Sequence record: SRR20825006_1479
Direction: 5' to 3' (one strand)
DNA: 38,371 nucleotides
Part shown: piece after piece, positions 36,561 to 38,371 of the stretch
How the letters are laid out: each line of letters opens with the position of its first letter
How positions within the stretch are numbered: position 1 is the first letter of the stretch
The notes under the pieces: generated by a model
Told to the model about the DNA's origin: nothing
The model's database searches: none
What the model saw: only the letters and a program-made list of their open reading frames with translations
Position numbers and translations under genes: made by a program

Positions 36561-38371
36561 ATGTCAGAGGAGCCAGAGGACGGCCTTGAACCAATCAGCG
36601 AGGGGGGCCTCGATGAGAACACCGATCCCGACATGAACGCGCGGGATCCGCTCCGTCAAAGTCAGGAGATCTTTCACTCGCTCGGGCACGAGGATCAGAT
36701 CGCCGCCACTGGCGAGATGGACAGCGTCTCGATCGGTTCGGTCAACCCGATGTGGCAAGAGACGCCGCTCGGGGGCAATGAGCAGGACGCCGAGCTCCCC
36801 TTTCTTCCCGCTCCTGACTCTGACGCCGCCTACTCCTTTGACTTTGATGAGGCGCAACTTCGCGAGACGTATCCCTCGCTCGATATGGAGCCGATCCCCG
36901 AGGATACGCAGCTCGCCATACTCACGCCATCCACCGAGCCCGAGACGCCCATCTTCGAGGACACCGACGAGGAGAAGGCGTCCCTCCAGGAGATCGATCT
37001 GAGCCTCGATCAGGATATCGAGGAGGCGCTCGCGAGCTTTGATCTCCAGGGCATGGAACCGCTCGAAGAGGAGGAGCTCGATGTCGATGACATCCTCGAG
37101 TTCGATGACCTCTCGGGTTACATCCAGGAGGTCGAGGACGACGAATACGAGGAGGCGCACGCTGCTCCGCAGGTCGATCCCTTCCTCGCCTCCGGCATGT
37201 ACGTCATGGGCGAGGAGGAAGATGCGGCTCGCGACGACCTCTCGGATACGATGGGCGCCGATGATAGCGAGGTCGTGCTCGATCCATTGTCCATGTCTGG
37301 CTTCGAGGTCATCGAAGAGATCCCGCAAGGCGGCGCGCACGAGCCATTGTACCCGGACGAGGAGGTCGTCGATGAGGAGATCATCTTCATCGACTCCGGG
37401 ATTTACGAGATCGACGAGGATCTCGATGACGAGGAGGCGATGGTTGTCGCGCGTCGCTTTGTCATCGAGGACACCGACCCCGAAGCGCAGGCCGAGGAGC
37501 CGCGCGTCGAGCGCCAGCTTCGCGTCGGGCTCGACGCGATGGGCGCGCGCTTTTCATTGCGCGAGCCCTGGTCCAAGTGGGCGACCGAGCTTCGCCTGGA
37601 GGTGCTCCAGGAGCCAGACATTCGCAAACGCGGCGCCTACATCTACCTCTTCTCGACGATGCTTCGGTTGCATGGCGAGGCTGGCGCGGCGAGCGCTTCA
37701 CAGCTCGAGAGCGCGGCAAAGGATGCGCTCGAACATCTGCGCGGCCCTCGGATCTTGCAGCTCGCCGAAGCCTGGAACGGCTCCATCGCGCAGTTCGTCG
37801 AGCGCCTCGATCAGCTTCGCGCACACGACGAGCAATCAGGCGTCGAGGATGTCGAGGAGCGTCACGCCTCGATCGTCGTCGCGCGTATCATCGAGGAGCT
37901 CCTTCGCGGCAAACCTCCCGCGCAATTGCTCGAGAGGATCGACCAGGATCAGACCATCGGCGCGCTCGTCATCCAGGCGCTGTTCGCGCACCGGCGCGGT
38001 GATCGCGTCGCCGCGGCAGGGTTCTGGCGCCAGCTCGCGCGCTATGTACAGGGGGACGAGCGCGAACATCTGCTCACCCTGTCTGGCTACCTGACCAAGG
38101 AATATAGCAGCTTCTTCGAGCGCGCCGCGGCCGATAGCTCTCCTGCCTCGATGTCTCGCATTCTATTGACCAGCATGCAGTATGGCGCGTGCTGGAATGG
38201 GGATCACTTGCTCGAAGCGCAGGCGCTCGAGTGGTCGCTCGATCAGAAACAGGATGATGAAGAGGCGGCCATGGCCGCCACGTTGCATCGTCTGGCGATG
38301 CTCCGCGGCGCGATGGAGAAGGGGGGCGAAGAGGGTAGCCTCGGCCTGGCTCTGGAGGCGGCCATGGCCGC
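36561..38371 (+). CDS. Large hypothetical protein, 3'-truncated; very acidic N-terminus followed by a helical (TPR-like) region
   Basis: Read manually: frame open from ATG 36561 (MSEEPEDGLEP...) to the window end (about 603 codons) with GC3-rich codons; absent from the ORF track because it has no stop inside the window. Confidence 0.85.
   Translation, partial: MSEEPEDGLEPISEGGLDENTDPDMNARDPLRQSQEIFHSLGHEDQIAATGEMDSVSIGSVNPMWQETPLGGNEQDAELPFLPAPDSDAAYSFDFDEAQLRETYPSLDMEPIPEDTQLAILTPSTEPETPIFEDTDEEKASLQEIDLSLDQDIEEALASFDLQGMEPLEEEELDVDDILEFDDLSGYIQEVEDDEYEEAHAAPQVDPFLASGMYVMGEEEDAARDDLSDTMGADDSEVVLDPLSMSGFEVIEEIPQGGAHEPLYPDEEVVDEEIIFIDSGIYEIDEDLDDEEAMVVARRFVIEDTDPEAQAEEPRVERQLRVGLDAMGARFSLREPWSKWATELRLEVLQEPDIRKRGAYIYLFSTMLRLHGEAGAASASQLESAAKDALEHLRGPRILQLAEAWNGSIAQFVERLDQLRAHDEQSGVEDVEERHASIVVARIIEELLRGKPPAQLLERIDQDQTIGALVIQALFAHRRGDRVAAAGFWRQLARYVQGDEREHLLTLSGYLTKEYSSFFERAAADSSPASMSRILLTSMQYGACWNGDHLLEAQALEWSLDQKQDDEEAAMAATLHRLAMLRGAMEKGGEEGSLGLALEAAMA

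Noticed and set aside
36564-38094. Track ORFs 37039-38094 (+) and 36564-37340 (-)
   Set aside because: They are Ser/Arg-rich off-frame and antisense shadows of the real frame starting at 36561.

Overview
GC-rich bacterial chromosomal window, most likely Myxococcota/Bradymonadales-type (inferred from a MYXO-CTERM sorting tail and many lipoproteins). It opens with the 3' end of a CCA-less tRNA array: Glu(CTC), three Asp(GTC), Glu(TTC). Housekeeping and envelope genes follow: a stand-alone STN-domain lipoprotein, M48 protease, cydAB, aminopeptidase P, an EF-hand Ser/Thr kinase, purEK, a GntR regulator, a 1070-aa Ca-binding MYXO-CTERM surface protein, a di-heme peroxidase and a receiver protein. 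Next come an McrBC-like type IV restriction pair, a divergent patatin-like lipoprotein, a Tat-exported MsrB with DoxX and DsbA, RlmL, MmcQ, an ECF sigma with cupin partner, LOG, a PPC-repeat lipoprotein, a HEAT protein, and a very acidic ORF running off the right edge that the ORF track lacks. Two signals stand out. First, two copies of a 99-nt intergenic palindromic element have co-varying arms and a 31-nt core that is inverted between copies. Second, all three tRNA-Asp have U at position 37 and the tRNA-Glu(TTC) has a bulged T-stem. All protein calls come from motif recognition by eye; no database searches were run.
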